DNA of 62,759 nt, filler included, from Rhabdomonas costata (taxonomy: Eukaryota): assembly GCA_019059605.1 (NCBI GenBank). It is 44 parts of 44 records of this genome, joined end to end, with 100 filler letters (N's around TTAATTAATTAA, not from the genome) between each part and the next. Parts side by side here need not be neighbours in the genome. Positions count along the whole stretch, not along the records: positions 35,723 to 37,051 come from JAHMHO010019221.1; positions 37,152 to 38,480 come from JAHMHO010019222.1; positions 38,581 to 39,909 come from JAHMHO010019223.1; positions 40,010 to 41,338 come from JAHMHO010019224.1; positions 41,439 to 42,766 come from JAHMHO010019225.1; positions 42,867 to 44,195 come from JAHMHO010019226.1; positions 44,296 to 45,623 come from JAHMHO010019227.1; positions 45,724 to 47,052 come from JAHMHO010019228.1; 36 more parts are not named here. One strand, 5' to 3'. The notes beneath the pieces were generated by a model, which had not been told where the DNA came from, did not search any database, and saw only the letters and a list, made by a program, of their open reading frames with translations. Position numbers and translations under genes: made by a program. Below, piece by piece: positions 36,574 through 49,301 of the stretch (its first letter is position 1; the number at the start of each line of letters is the position of its first letter).

Positions 36574-37051
36574 ATGGCCCGTGTCCGTATGCTCCCTTGG
36601 AGGGCCGCCCTTCCGTGGATTGCCGTGGTCGTTCTTGCCCTGGCCAACGCTGGTGCCAGAGGGTCTGCTGCGACACCTGCGCTGTGCTCCTATGTGGATG
36701 TCAGTGCACCCACCAGTGACACACCAGCCATCACTCTCCTACCATGCTGCAGGAATCTGCTTCCTTTTTTCCAGCGGTTTATCACAGAAACCCTTGAGAA
36801 TCAACCTGTGCGGTGCGTATCCAGGGGATGCTGCTGCATATTCCCCTCCGTTACCCCGATGTCTCTCCAAGCCCTTCTTCAGGGCCGGCGAGTGCTCTTT
36901 CTGGGTGACAGCACTGTGCGGAACCTCTTCTACTTCACGGCCTGCATGCTGTACTGCCGGCACAGGACGCCCGCGAACCTCTCCGTGTGGCAGGCGGCGG
37001 TGAAGCTGCGGCTCGGGGACCAGATTCCAGGCTGCATCTGCCACTCCCACA
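36574..37051 (+). CDS. Secreted SGNH/PC-esterase-like acyl esterase or acyltransferase, 3' truncated
   Basis: Signal or anchor sequence WIAVVVLALANAGA, then GC...LQALLQGRRVLFLGDSTVRNLF (GDS motif). Confidence 0.75.
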
Positions 37052-40000
37052 NNNNNNNNNNNNNNNNNNNNNNNNNNNNNNNNNNNNNNNNNNNNTTAAT
37101 TAATTAANNNNNNNNNNNNNNNNNNNNNNNNNNNNNNNNNNNNNNNNNNNNGGGGGGGGTGGGGGTGGGGACAACTCTTCCCCATAGGCTTATAAGAGCC
37201 ACGCTCCAAAGGCGCTTGCTGCAGTTTAATTGTTGAACAGCTGCGTTCTGCCTTTTTATCAGCATATGGTTGTCAGCTACACTTCCCTGCGCAATAGCAC
37301 ACCAAAAGGGCGACACAATGACAGGTTTTATCGCGAGGAACGCAACTTGGTGTGGGTTGGGAGAATTCTTTCCCACGTTTTTATTATGTTTTTCACGTCT
37401 TTTTTTTTTCGGGTTTTTTTGCACGCCCCCCCCTCCCAGACGTTTTTTTGTGCCTTCTTTTTCAGGTTTTGCTGAGAAATTTAATGCTGGCTTACAACTA
37501 CAAAAGCTGGGCCGCTTGTAAGCGGTTGGCCCTGCATATTTCGCTTATGAGATTCCGTGGTTTTTTGCAGACTTCTTTGTTTTGGGTGCGCTTCTCCTTT
37601 TAAATTACAGCTGACTAGTTGGCCAGCCAGCTAAGCCAGCTAACCCAGAGTCCCACTACGAAGAACACTGAAGAACGGGGCAATATAGTCAAGTTTCGAC
37701 ATGACAATGTTCGTGAAAAATTCTTTCGCCAACACTTCTTGCTGTGATCAAAAGTTTGCTGAAACATAAAACGGAAGGGGGGCTGCGTGTGAAACGGGGA
37801 AAAATGGAAGCGCGATGCCCTACCACGAAAACGAAGTCAAATGACAGACCCTCCGTCTTCATTTCCCATTTTCATTCACATGGGTTTGTGATGCGTTCTA
37901 CAGAGTATCCATAAAGAAAAGCGGTAGGGCCCTCGCCCAGGCACAACCAACCAGAACCAATTATCAACCGGGCCTATCCCATATGGAAGTTGGGGAGAAG
38001 GGAGTGGTGCCACTGGTAACCAGTGATCACAGAAACTGACTTAAACCTTTTTTTTAACACGGGGCTCGGGTAAACATGCCAACACGCTCGAAATGACTTT
38101 ATTTTAGTGAAAAGGGGGTTAGGTAGGTTGCAATCCTCTCCAGATGAGTGTTTTTGCTAAGCAGCCAAAAACTACTGCTGGCGAAGGACTAATCAATGGC
38201 TGGGATATTGGCGGACGACTAGGAAAGCATCAGCTTTGTGGCGAAGGCCAGTCCGCGGCGCGGCCCCAGAGCGTGACCTGGGGGCCTTCAGCGACTTTTT
38301 TAAACATACTTCAATAGAAAAAATAGATACTGCTGGTAACCGTTACCAGAAGTAACCGTTACCACCCCCCTCCCAAACCTCCAGAGCACCGGACACACAG
38401 CGAAATCTCCGACCCAAGTACAGCTGACATGCACAACTCCCGCACGCACCCATGATCAGATTGGGCCTGACACCAACCCCNNNNNNNNNNNNNNNNNNNN
38501 NNNNNNNNNNNNNNNNNNNNNNNNTTAATTAATTAANNNNNNNNNNNNNNNNNNNNNNNNNNNNNNNNNNNNNNNNNNNNGTGTTGGGTGTGTGTGGTGT
38601 TTTTTGGCTTTTCTCAGAGGCCACAAGTTGCGGGAAGTCACCCTGGGGCAAGGCCAAGGATGCGATACGGTCCCGCTCGAAGTCCCCCGCCGCTTTGCAC
38701 CGCCCTACCCATGAGGGCAGCGAGTGCAGCAGCGCCAGCTCCGTGGTGCAGGTCCTGATTCCAGGCAGCCACAAAGTGGTGAAGCGAGGGGTATGCGGCA
38801 ATGCTGCTCATTCTCTCGAAGTATTGATGGAAATCGCACAAGAACAAACCAACACAATTCGTAAATATGTATGGAATTTTTAATACTATGCCATCTGCAG
38901 TCGTGTCCAACTGTGAAAAATCGACGAAGGCAAAGCCGAAGCAGCCCTGGGTTTTTTGTATATACGGTACAGCAGGTACAGCTGGCCTTCCGAAAATCTG
39001 CAGTCATTTTTCATCTTTTCCTCAGTCCTTTCCTTTAACGACTTCGGTGATGCGCACCAGTCCAAAAGATGCACGCCACTTTTCTGATCCATTTCAAGCT
39101 AAGACTGTTGTCGGAAGATCAGGAGGCTGGGTTGGATGGGGAGCCCTGGTAGTCAGTACTCTTTGCTTAGTATTGTTATTCAAGATAACCACACGCAAGC
39201 ATTGTCTGAACCCACGCGTCACCCTCTAACCTTCTGCAAGACGAAGAACCTGTCAGGAAACATCTCGTGGAACCACTGCATTTGCGATTAGCACTGCAGT
39301 CACTAACCTGGAGGCATTCGCGTAGGGCGCTGCCTCTCCCTCTTCTCCGGACTGCAATGTCGCATTAACTCGTGCATCGCCATTCAGATCTGTTCTGCGG
39401 GAAGGAGGTCAAATTTTTGGGGGCCTTTTTGTCGCACCTATCATTCGTGCTTCCCGATCACCCATCAGAGAAGACCTGTAAGCTGGCACACCGTCCCGCT
39501 TGAGCCTTTGGCGCTTTCTATTGTCTTCGGATTGCTCGCGCGCTAGATCACCATGATGCACGTGCGATTCGTCAACTTCACTGCTGTGCTGCTAGAGAAT
39601 AGCGAGGAGGCCGTCAAGGCCTACAACGGGCTGATCGCACAGGCACCCACCCTCACCCTCACCTTCGCCCCCTGTCCTGCTGTTTCGCCGTGAATTGCTT
39701 TCAATAAACATGGACGGACTGTAAAAGACACATGAAAAGTATTTGAAAATCAAAGAAGTTCTTTTGGTCAGTACAAATTTAAAAAATGCTGTTCGTTGAA
39801 GAACCGCAAAAAACGTGGGTGTGTTCGGCTCCGCGTGAATTCCTGCAATTCTCCCCGGACTGGGGCAAAACAAGCTGCGCTGCCCCAGCGCGCGCGCACA
39901 CACAACCACNNNNNNNNNNNNNNNNNNNNNNNNNNNNNNNNNNNNNNNNNNNNTTAATTAATTAANNNNNNNNNNNNNNNNNNNNNNNNNNNNNNNNNNN

Positions 40001-40475
40001 NNNNNNNNNCATATTACGAGTTTCGTTGGAGCACCATGCCAGGCTGGCACCTAAGCCATGACATGTTTCAGACGTACTGATGGTACTGAGGAAAAAGGTG
40101 TTTTGAGTTTATAGTGTGACGCACTGTACCGCACAATTGCCAAATGTCAGTATCCAACGCGAAAATATGACAATGAATTTTCCTGTGACACACTGAGGCA
40201 CAAAAATTCTTGCAGTAGCAGGGGTCAGCACCAAACAGCTGTTACAAAAAGAAACGCAAGGAAAACCAGGAATGATTTACACGAAAAGCAGACTGGAACA
40301 CAACCATATGCGCTGCGCGGTGTCACCAAAGAAATTTACAAGAGGGAATGCGAGAAGAAATAGAACGGTAAACCAGTGCGAACGAAGAAACAAAACATAG
40401 GCAATATGTACAGTTCTAAATTGAAATTTTATTCGTCACAAAAACCGACCGACAATGAACCACAGGGTGGAAGGC

Positions 40476-40509
40476 AGAAGAAGAAGAAGAAGAAGAAGAA
40501 GAAGAAGAA
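40476..40509. repeat. (AAG)n microsatellite
   Basis: About 11 units. Confidence 0.95.
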
Positions 40510-41221
40510 AGGGCGAAAATCAGGGACGGAACAGCACCGGTCCCCCAGAGGTGCTGAAGGGCCTGACCGAACAACCGAGCGCTGGCAGGGAGGCCCGCTG
40601 CAAGGTCAGAGGGGGGAGCCTCGGTGCGGGCCGCGGGCGCAACCGCGCGAGCGCGGCCCTGCCCACCACAAGACGGCTATACATTGGGAACGGAAAAAAC
40701 GGTTAAGACGGTGAACCAATGGGGAAAAAAAAGGAAGAGAAAAACTGAAGGTGGCACAGCTGGAATTGCTGGGAATCTGGAAGGAAAAAGAATCAAGCAC
40801 GCCAGTAATTGGTTAGCGATATCCACAAATCAAGAACACCAACACCGCCATTTCATAGCACCAAGGTTACGAGGTGTCAATGGCAATGGGCAATCAACGC
40901 TATAATAACAGGAGACATCCGCATCCACGTCAAAGGAGAAATGCACCTAAAGTGTGCTTTGTAGATATCCGGAAACGGGAAAATCAAGATTCCCAACTTT
41001 GGCTACAAAGGAATCTTGTCTTGACGTTGCCTACACGGGCATACTCACCGCGGGGACAAACCCAACGCGGAAGGAAAACTTTGTCGCACGTCACCCTCCC
41101 GAAAGTATGTTTCGCCAGCCGCAACCTGTAGGAAACCAAGTGAAAGTGCCTTGAGCAACCTATTCGTGGGAGTGCAACAAACAGGTCATCCCCCCAGAGG
41201 TAGGAATGGGGGGGAAATGGG

Positions 41222-41332
41222 GGGGAATCGCTTTTCTACGAGCCCCCCGCTTCTCCTCTGAAGTGGCTCGTCTGCGGGGTCCCGGACGGCACGCGGTGTG
41301 GTGCCGGGGGGCTCGTAGAAAAGCGATTCCCC
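41222..41332. repeat. Contig-end perfect inverted repeat (27-bp arms), probable fold-back
   Basis: 41222-41248 is the reverse complement of 41306-41332. Confidence 0.9.
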
Positions 41333-42867
41333 ACCAACNNNNNNNNNNNNNNNNNNNNNNNNNNNNNNNNNNNNNNNNNNNNTTAATTAATTAANNNNNN
41401 NNNNNNNNNNNNNNNNNNNNNNNNNNNNNNNNNNNNNNGGGATGTCCCTTCGAAACCATATGAAGCGTGACCCAAACGGGGGAGGGTTGTGTAGCCCCCT
41501 CCCTCCAATGCCTCCGGTACATCGTCGGCTACTGGTGGAAAGAAGGGGAATGTGCGCAACTTCAGTTAAACGTCTACAAAAATAAAATTGTCCCAACATT
41601 CGTATTTGGGCGACACACAGCTCAGCAAATGTGTGCGTGGTGGGAGAGCGGCCAGAGCAGCACGCGCTAGGCTCTGTTATTGCGCCGGAATCTAGGGGGG
41701 TGGACAACCCCCGACCGACAGCCACACAGACAGGCCGAAAGACCGTTGATTTTGCAGGAGGGCCCACGGGAGGAGAAGGAACAACGGAAAGCACAGGGGT
41801 GTTTGATCTGGAGGCGGTTCTGGAGGACTCTGAACAGAGGGCGCAGCCCATTGCGCCCGCAACCGAATGGGACGAAAAAGATCACCAGAAGAGAAATTGA
41901 GACAACAGCAAAGAGAAGGGGGCAAAAAAAAACTCTGAAAGAGAGAAGAAGGAACAACAGCTCTTTCCTCAGCACCCACTCAGCAAAATGCCAGCTGAAA
42001 AAACAGGCTAAATCTTTTGCTGAAGCAACGACAAAAACGCGAGACCCGAACCCAGACCCAGTCTAGACACCATCAATTTTGACCGCAAGGAACCTCTTCT
42101 GGGAGTTACTAGGTGGCGCAGTGTGGCCACCACTCTGAACAGCTTTGAGCCTGTTCAAGTGGAGTGGGGTGCACAGCTTGTGCATTTTTATTAGCAGCAG
42201 TTTTTGTGTGAAGTAAAACCTGACGTCGGGTCGGTTAACTTGATGTGTGCGTATGCGTCAACTGGCTTTCAGCCTTTTTCTTTTAATAGCAACATAGCAA
42301 TCTTAATGCGTGTCACTACATCTCGTCCTAAAGGTTCAATGGTTTCCTTTTTTTTTTTTTGCAGAATTATCATGTCATCTGTAACTCTCACCTTTGACAT
42401 GACCCGCGCAATATATAAAGACTTCGTCCGAAAAAAGCTGACATAGGACTGACCACTTTCAGCGCTTTCAGTCCGTTTTTTTTGCCGTATACTTTTCTTA
42501 AAAGCCCGATAGTCTCATATTTCCACGTTCATATATTCTTTTCTGAAAGAGGTTTATATATGGTGCCTCCTGACTGTTCGCGTTCTTTTGTGCCTCGAAC
42601 AGCCACAACCGTGAGTGAAGAAGAAACTCAAACCATAAACACGGAAGTCAAAGACCCACCCAGATGCCTATCCCAACAGCAACAGCATCCCCTCCCATGT
42701 CCAGCATTACTCACTGCATGGGGTAGCGCCACCATTACTACTCTTAATTTACAATGAAACGAGAGANNNNNNNNNNNNNNNNNNNNNNNNNNNNNNNNNN
42801 NNNNNNNNNNTTAATTAATTAANNNNNNNNNNNNNNNNNNNNNNNNNNNNNNNNNNNNNNNNNNNNT

Positions 42868-43550
42868 TTGTATTGACTACCGACCTTTGAACGTAATCAC
42901 TACAGTAGACGCGTACCCCCTACCGAGGATTGATGAAATGATTGACCAGGTTTGGAAATCTTGCTACTTCACAAAGCTTGACCTCCACTCTGGCTTTCAC
43001 CAAATCCGAGTGTACCCAAAGCACGTCCACCGTACTGCCTTTAAGACTAAGTATGGCACGTTTCACTACAGGGTCATGCCCTTTGGGTTGTGTAACGCCC
43101 CCTCTACCTTCCAACGGACAATGGAATTTGTCCTGTCCGATCTCTGTGAGTTTTTCGGAGCGTACATTGACGATGTGCTAATCTTCACTAACGCGCTTGA
43201 GAAACACCTGCACGCCATCCGACAAGTGTACGAACGACTTGACAAGTATCATCTCTTTTCCAACCCGAAGAAGTCCTCCTTCTGTCAACCGGAATTTGAG
43301 TACTGTGGTTTCATCGTGGGACACGAAGTTGTCCGCCCCATGCCAGAAAAACTGGCAGCAGTCCACATTTGGACAACCACTCGCAACCCCACTGACGTGA
43401 AAAGTTTCTTAGGCCTTTGTGGTTTCTACCAGAAAGAAACCGAAGCGTTTGATGAACTCAAATGCCGATTCCTCAAACACCCCGTCCTAATGATTCCAGA
43501 TTTGTCCAAACCACTCATTCTCCACACTGACGCTTCAGAAGTTGGTGTTC
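42868..43550 (+). mobile_element. Ty3/Gypsy reverse transcriptase and start of RNase H
   Basis: CIDYRPLN...YPLPRIDEMID...KLDLHSGFHQIR...VMPFGLCNAPSTFQR...AYIDDVLIF...VKSFLGLCGFY...LILHTDASEVGV. The connection region has an internal deletion. Confidence 0.96.
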
Positions 43551-43664
43551 GGCGCAACACTGTCACAACACGACTAGAACCCCGTCCAAATGGTTCCAAA
43601 TTACAAGCTACCGGTGCCTCTTTCCAAGCAGTCTCAGACTCACGTTCAGCTGAAGCTGCGTGAT

Positions 43665-43930
43665 TTAGAAAACTACAGGAAAAAGATCCTGAGTTTGAAA
43701 AGTTCGACGGCAAGCTTGAACACTTCATGGACTGGCTGGTTGGAGTGAACGAAAGAAAATGCCAGCGAGAAGTCCCAGACCAAGTTGCCAACCGCTACGC
43801 CCAGATGGCCTTTGGTGCCAATTCGGGGACCAATTCACAGACATGCTAAAGGCGCACTACCTAACGAAGCACTACCATTACCAACTCATCTACGAGCTAA
43901 CGCACAATGCTAAGACGTACAACGGAGAAC
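43665..43930 (+). mobile_element. Retrotransposon gag-like remnant
   Basis: FEKFDGKLEHFMDWLVGVNE...DQVANRYAQMAF, then in another frame QFTDMLKAHYLTKHYHYQLIYELT, resembling a Retrotrans_gag capsid pattern. Confidence 0.6.
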
Positions 43931-44195
43931 TGTCACGGCCCGGCTTGCAACCTCACCACTGACGTGTAACCCGGCGTCGGCCGGTGGTTCCACTGGGCTC
44001 GGTGTTCAGCAGCCGTATCCCGACTATGCTTTCGCAAAGTGGGCGCTGTCCCGGCTTACCTTGGGTGTCCCCAAGAGCGTGACTTTCTTACGACCGGTAC
44101 GGCTTCGACTTGCGTCCGAAGTCCGGCGTGCGAGGGAACCTGAGGTCTCCCTCGGTCAGGGGTGAGAGTGTCCTGTCTGATGCTGCAACGGGGGG
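43931..44195. mobile_element. Candidate LTR edge of a nested element
   Basis: The gag-like frame ends abruptly at TGTCACGG, a common Gypsy LTR terminus, followed by non-coding GC-rich DNA. Confidence 0.35.
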
Positions 44196-47100
44196 NNNNN
44201 NNNNNNNNNNNNNNNNNNNNNNNNNNNNNNNNNNNNNNNTTAATTAATTAANNNNNNNNNNNNNNNNNNNNNNNNNNNNNNNNNNNNNNNNNNNNGTGTG
44301 GGGGGGGAGCAAGTTTTGTTTGTTTAGATGTCCCGTTCGCCCAGCTGTCGGAGCTCTTATGCCGAATGAATTCCACAGGCAAAAGACGACATTGCAGCAT
44401 TGATGGGTTACAATGTTCTTCCTTTCCACCGCGCTTCCAGTTTCGCTGCACCAGCTGGACAAAGGGTTTCCCAGAAACTCCTCAGCCTCGACCAGCATGA
44501 ACAGGTCAACCGCAACAGCGTGCGGGCCTTTGTACCGCACCCCACCAGCTGCTTCCAGGGCTCGCACGCTGCATCACGGAGAGAAGACAGAGACGGAATA
44601 GGAGCAGAATGCTGCACGCAACGTGGAGATTTCAACAGTGACCATGAAATCTCGGCAAGGAACAGGACGCGAAGCCACCGTCAAAGGTCGAGCATTTTTT
44701 GTCTCTAAATGGCGTCCTGGCTGCACGAAAAATCCAGAGCGTCATTTGCTCATAGGCACACTGCTGCAGTATAAATCAAACTGAGAAGAGTGAGGGAATT
44801 AGCAAACGCTTCCGAATCCTTCTTGACCTTCTTGACCTTACGTGCAGTATCCCACTATGCCGGCGGATAAACTCTGCGGAGCAAAGTCAACCACATGCTC
44901 AACCTCTGCCTGGAGACCGCGTCTGTGGCGAGGAAGAAGGGAGCGGCGCTACGGTTCCGGAAGCACCTCACGTACGAGGGCTCCATGGTGCACTCATCTC
45001 CGGTTGGCACGTACAGTGGCTCAGTGCGGTTATAGAAGGCTGCCATAACATCCTTTCTCCCCAACCTGTGGGCGAAACGCGTGGGGAATTGAAGTTCCTG
45101 GAGTCTTTTATTTAAGTCCGAAAAATTCCAAAACCGTGCTGAAAACCAATATTGTGTTGCCTCCAAGTGGTTTGACTCTCAAGAGCTGAGTGAATCGGCG
45201 CTTAAGTCGAACCCATTAGGCGCCCTCCCTCCCTCCCTCTAATTTTTTTTATTACTGCAGGACACACACCAAACGCAGGACCTAAGATCGGAGTGGTGTC
45301 CCAGTTCCTGTGCCGATCGCCTCCATATGCGGTTCCCGGTGCATTTATGCTCTCTCTTCGCCGGGTCGCAGTGCGTCTGTGCGTTCTTGATAGTCCAATT
45401 TTCGCACTCAACGGCGCACCCACCTACCCCTCGCTCAAGTGAGCAGCATGAAAGCATTTGAGATAACCAACGTCATTTATTGTATTCCCGCTCACTTGAT
45501 ATCGAGTGTTCTTCGTTGACTTAGGGACAGTTGGAAAACAGAATGGAAAACGAAACCAGAGACGCGCTCTGCACCCCAAGGGGGACCTGCAGGTATCCGT
45601 GTAGCAACGGGTAACCCCCACCCNNNNNNNNNNNNNNNNNNNNNNNNNNNNNNNNNNNNNNNNNNNNTTAATTAATTAANNNNNNNNNNNNNNNNNNNNN
45701 NNNNNNNNNNNNNNNNNNNNNNNGTTGTGTGGGGAGGGGAGGGGCCCCCGACATGAATGTAGGGGAACCTGCATCGCATCGCCCCCTAAACTCTCGTCCT
45801 AGGGCACACGTGCATCGTCCCTAACCCCCTGTGACATCTTTTATCCCGTCCTAATAGGTGAACAAGGTGTGCATCCTGTCGAATCAAATGCACCGTAAAC
45901 GGGGGGGGGTCCCCATAATGTACCAGCGCCTCTGATTCATTATCAGGGGCGAAATTACACCAGTAAGAAGGAGAAATATCGGGCAAGGGGGGGGTCATTT
46001 TCTGCAAGATTTTCGGATGCCCGCAACATAGAACGATTTTCGGCAGGCTAAAAATAGAAAACGCCTGTATCCGTCAAGCGCAACGCCAGCACGGCATGAG
46101 GACGCAGCCACCCACTGGACCTTAAGGAATGGGGGGGGGGCATCTAAGGATGGAAGGAATGGAGCTACGGGCGATCCCTGGGTGATATGCCCAGGGACAT
46201 GTGGCAGCTAGACCAAAAGCGCAAGGCAGAAGGGACTCAACATCAGCAAAACAATAGTCCCCCCCCTCTCTGCAGCATGTGCGACCTCCCACTCGCCCTC
46301 GTAGCGGCTGCCGTCGGCGTAGAGCCAGCTGTGGTGACCATTCTGCGGCGGGGTTGCCGCCGGGCTGGGGGACTGCATCACGGGTCAAACCCAGAACGTT
46401 CCCACTCGATTCAAGAGACTGAGAAAAAGGATGCTCAGGTCTCCTGAGCAACCGGCCCACCGCTTTTCCCACACAGGGGGCAACCGGTTCACGCACACAT
46501 CACCACCGGAAGGGCAGCGAAAACAAAAAAACACACGATGCACAAGTAGAAAGTAGAAAGGAAGAAAAGAAAAACGTCACAAATACACCTGCAAAACCGC
46601 ACAACACTGGTCGGCTTCCCGCGAGATTCCTGCAATTGTATTCAATCGGACATCTACGCACCCACAGATTCAGCGGCCTCTATCATTCCAACAGTAACAC
46701 AAGATTTCTTCAACCCATTCATTGGCGTGCGAAGACATCGCTTTAGCCCTCCAGCAGAGTGCAAAGTAAACGGATGGAGGGAAGATCCTATTCTATCTGC
46801 CCTTTCGCTGAGCGGAGACAAAAACCCAATGTGGAGAAATATCTGCCCTTCAGGAATCGCTGGAACCCAGAACCTCAGAACCATAACCCCAGACTGACCT
46901 GAATATGAGGGACTCGATTTGCACTTAGCTCGAAATCGCACCCAACACCAGCAACATCTAACATCTTCCACAATGCTCGCATAGGCCATCCACAAGGAAA
47001 AAGCACAGACCCAACACAAGTTCACCACATATAATAACAACGCTTGACCAAGNNNNNNNNNNNNNNNNNNNNNNNNNNNNNNNNNNNNNNNNNNNNTTAA

Positions 47101-49301
47101 TTAATTAANNNNNNNNNNNNNNNNNNNNNNNNNNNNNNNNNNNNNNNNNNNNTGTGTTTTTGCTCCCCTGCCTATTGCGCCCATTTTTGTCCGTATTGAT
47201 CTCCACGGTTTCCCAGCGTCGTCTTCTTTGCTCTTATCATTTCTCGCTGAGTCCATTCCTGCCATTCCCATTGCTTCTCTCTGACTCGGATCTCCTCCTG
47301 GCTTGTGGGGCTCTCTCCGCTTTGCTTGCCTGCTTGCCATTCCTCTCCACCGCGCACTTCAGGCGTCAGCCGTCATTCATCGGGGGTGGTGATTGCGTCT
47401 GTCTCGCTCTGGGTTTTGTTGGGCCCTGCCCTCACGACTGAGCGCCGTTTGGGCAATCTCTGTTTACACACACATACACTGGTTCTAGTCCTTTCCGCGG
47501 GAAAAGACCACGGAAAATCACAACAAGAGGAGAAAAAAGACACACACGACACACTTTTGGGGTTGAAGGTGGGAGGAATTTAACATCAACATCAAAAGGT
47601 CGACAACACATAGTGGTGCAGCAGTGCAGTAGCGACCCCACACATACAAACAAAAAACAGGACATGAAAGAATGTTTCTTCCTTTTCTTATTTGCGTTTC
47701 AACTTCGAAAAGAGATCACACAGTCGGAAAAGTCGGTTTCCAAACCGACATAAACCTTCATCAACCAACTAGTCCAAACAACGGCTGCTCCCTTCCAACC
47801 TTTTGAAAGAATTGGTGTTTCGCACAAAAAAGTTCTTCGTGGGGCGTACCAGAGAAAAGTTTTCGTCCTCCTCAGCCTCGGGCGACTCCCTCGCATCCTC
47901 GGAATACCTCTGCACCGTAAAGCGAAAGAAATATGCAGCGAGGGCTTTCTTTTTCGTTGAGTCAAGAAGGCCAAGCAGGCGACACATGGTGCAAGAAAAA
48001 GTTGTGCTCACTAAAGACGACCCACCCCGAGACAATGGAAATTGTTATTTTTGCTATTTTTCGTGATTTTCGTGATTTTCGTGACCAATGAGGCTTGCGG
48101 GGTACGGCGTCTCGTTTGCACTATTAGAACCCATTTTGTACGGGCTTCTCCTGTTTTCAATTCCGTGGGTTCCGTTTCAAACAAAAAGGAATGAATTACG
48201 AGCCTCAGCCAAGGGAAGCAAACCTTTCGGGAAAACCAACTGACGTTTTGCCCGTCCCCAAAGCGCTTCGGGTGTCTCTCACAGCCGTTTTATATCTTCA
48301 CATCTGTCAACAATACACACACGCACCTGATGGCCGACCAATCCATGCGCCGCCGCCTTGGCTAGCCCAAATTCTGCAGCGGGTGGACGCTCGAAGTACA
48401 CCTTCGATTCGCGCCTTGCTACCCTATCTCTTCGCTCCGATCCTTCGCAGCCCCCGCCCCCGAAGAGGTCTCCACACCAACNNNNNNNNNNNNNNNNNNN
48501 NNNNNNNNNNNNNNNNNNNNNNNNNTTAATTAATTAANNNNNNNNNNNNNNNNNNNNNNNNNNNNNNNNNNNNNNNNNNNNGTCGACCTCGCTGGACCCC
48601 GGCGACTGGTTCCCCGAGGCGCTTCCCGCACCCCCATCGATCATCGAGCGGAATGCAAAGGGTGTCACCCGGGTCACCTCAAAAAGTCACAACTTACAAA
48701 GTGTTTACCATATCAGGCGTTTTCGGACCAATCAGGAGGTTTCGGACCTAGAAGTCAAACTGGCAATGAAACAGCTGGGTTTCACATGTCGGTTGTGCTT
48801 GTTTTTCAAGTTGATTTGTGATCATACTCTCGCTGTTGTTACCTTTAAGGTGACATGGGCCATACCTCCGGCACAGCGAAGACAGGAAAAAAGGGGATGT
48901 TCACTGCTGTACATGTGTTGCACAGTGCGTGGTGTCGCGCGTTTGGCAATATGGGTGTTTGCGTTTGGACGAGTGTGTTCCAGCCGAAACCTGCTGGGCC
49001 CTACCTTTAGGTATGCCAAACAGCACCCGTCGAAAGCTTGGCCTTAGTGTGCAGGTCTGCAAAGCCCATCTCGCCCTTGGAAATGCTGCACGATGAAAAA
49101 AGCTTCAAAAGGCCCAAAATGGACCCTTCAAGAGGTCAAAACTGGGCGTGGACATGCAGCCAGAAAGCTCAACTCAGCAGTAATAACATCCCACCAAATA
49201 ATCAAGTAGGAAATCCTATTTTGGTCTGCTTTCATCACGTCAACAGCGCACAGAATAGAAACGACAGAAAGCCGCATGGCTACTGGAGGTTTCCTTCCCA
49301 G

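Noticed and set aside
36700-36882. Two possible 75-nt in-frame introns in the PC-esterase ORF
   Set aside because: The unspliced frame is open and the segment contains the expected GC...LL.G.RV.F.GDS lead-in.
44848-44987. Exon-like segment with an in-frame TAA (44868), which with stops at 49534 and 20322 might suggest stop-codon recoding
   Set aside because: One missing A in gataaact would explain this case. The other two stops are in decayed mobile elements, conserved host exons have no internal stops, and CSN2 ends normally at TAG.
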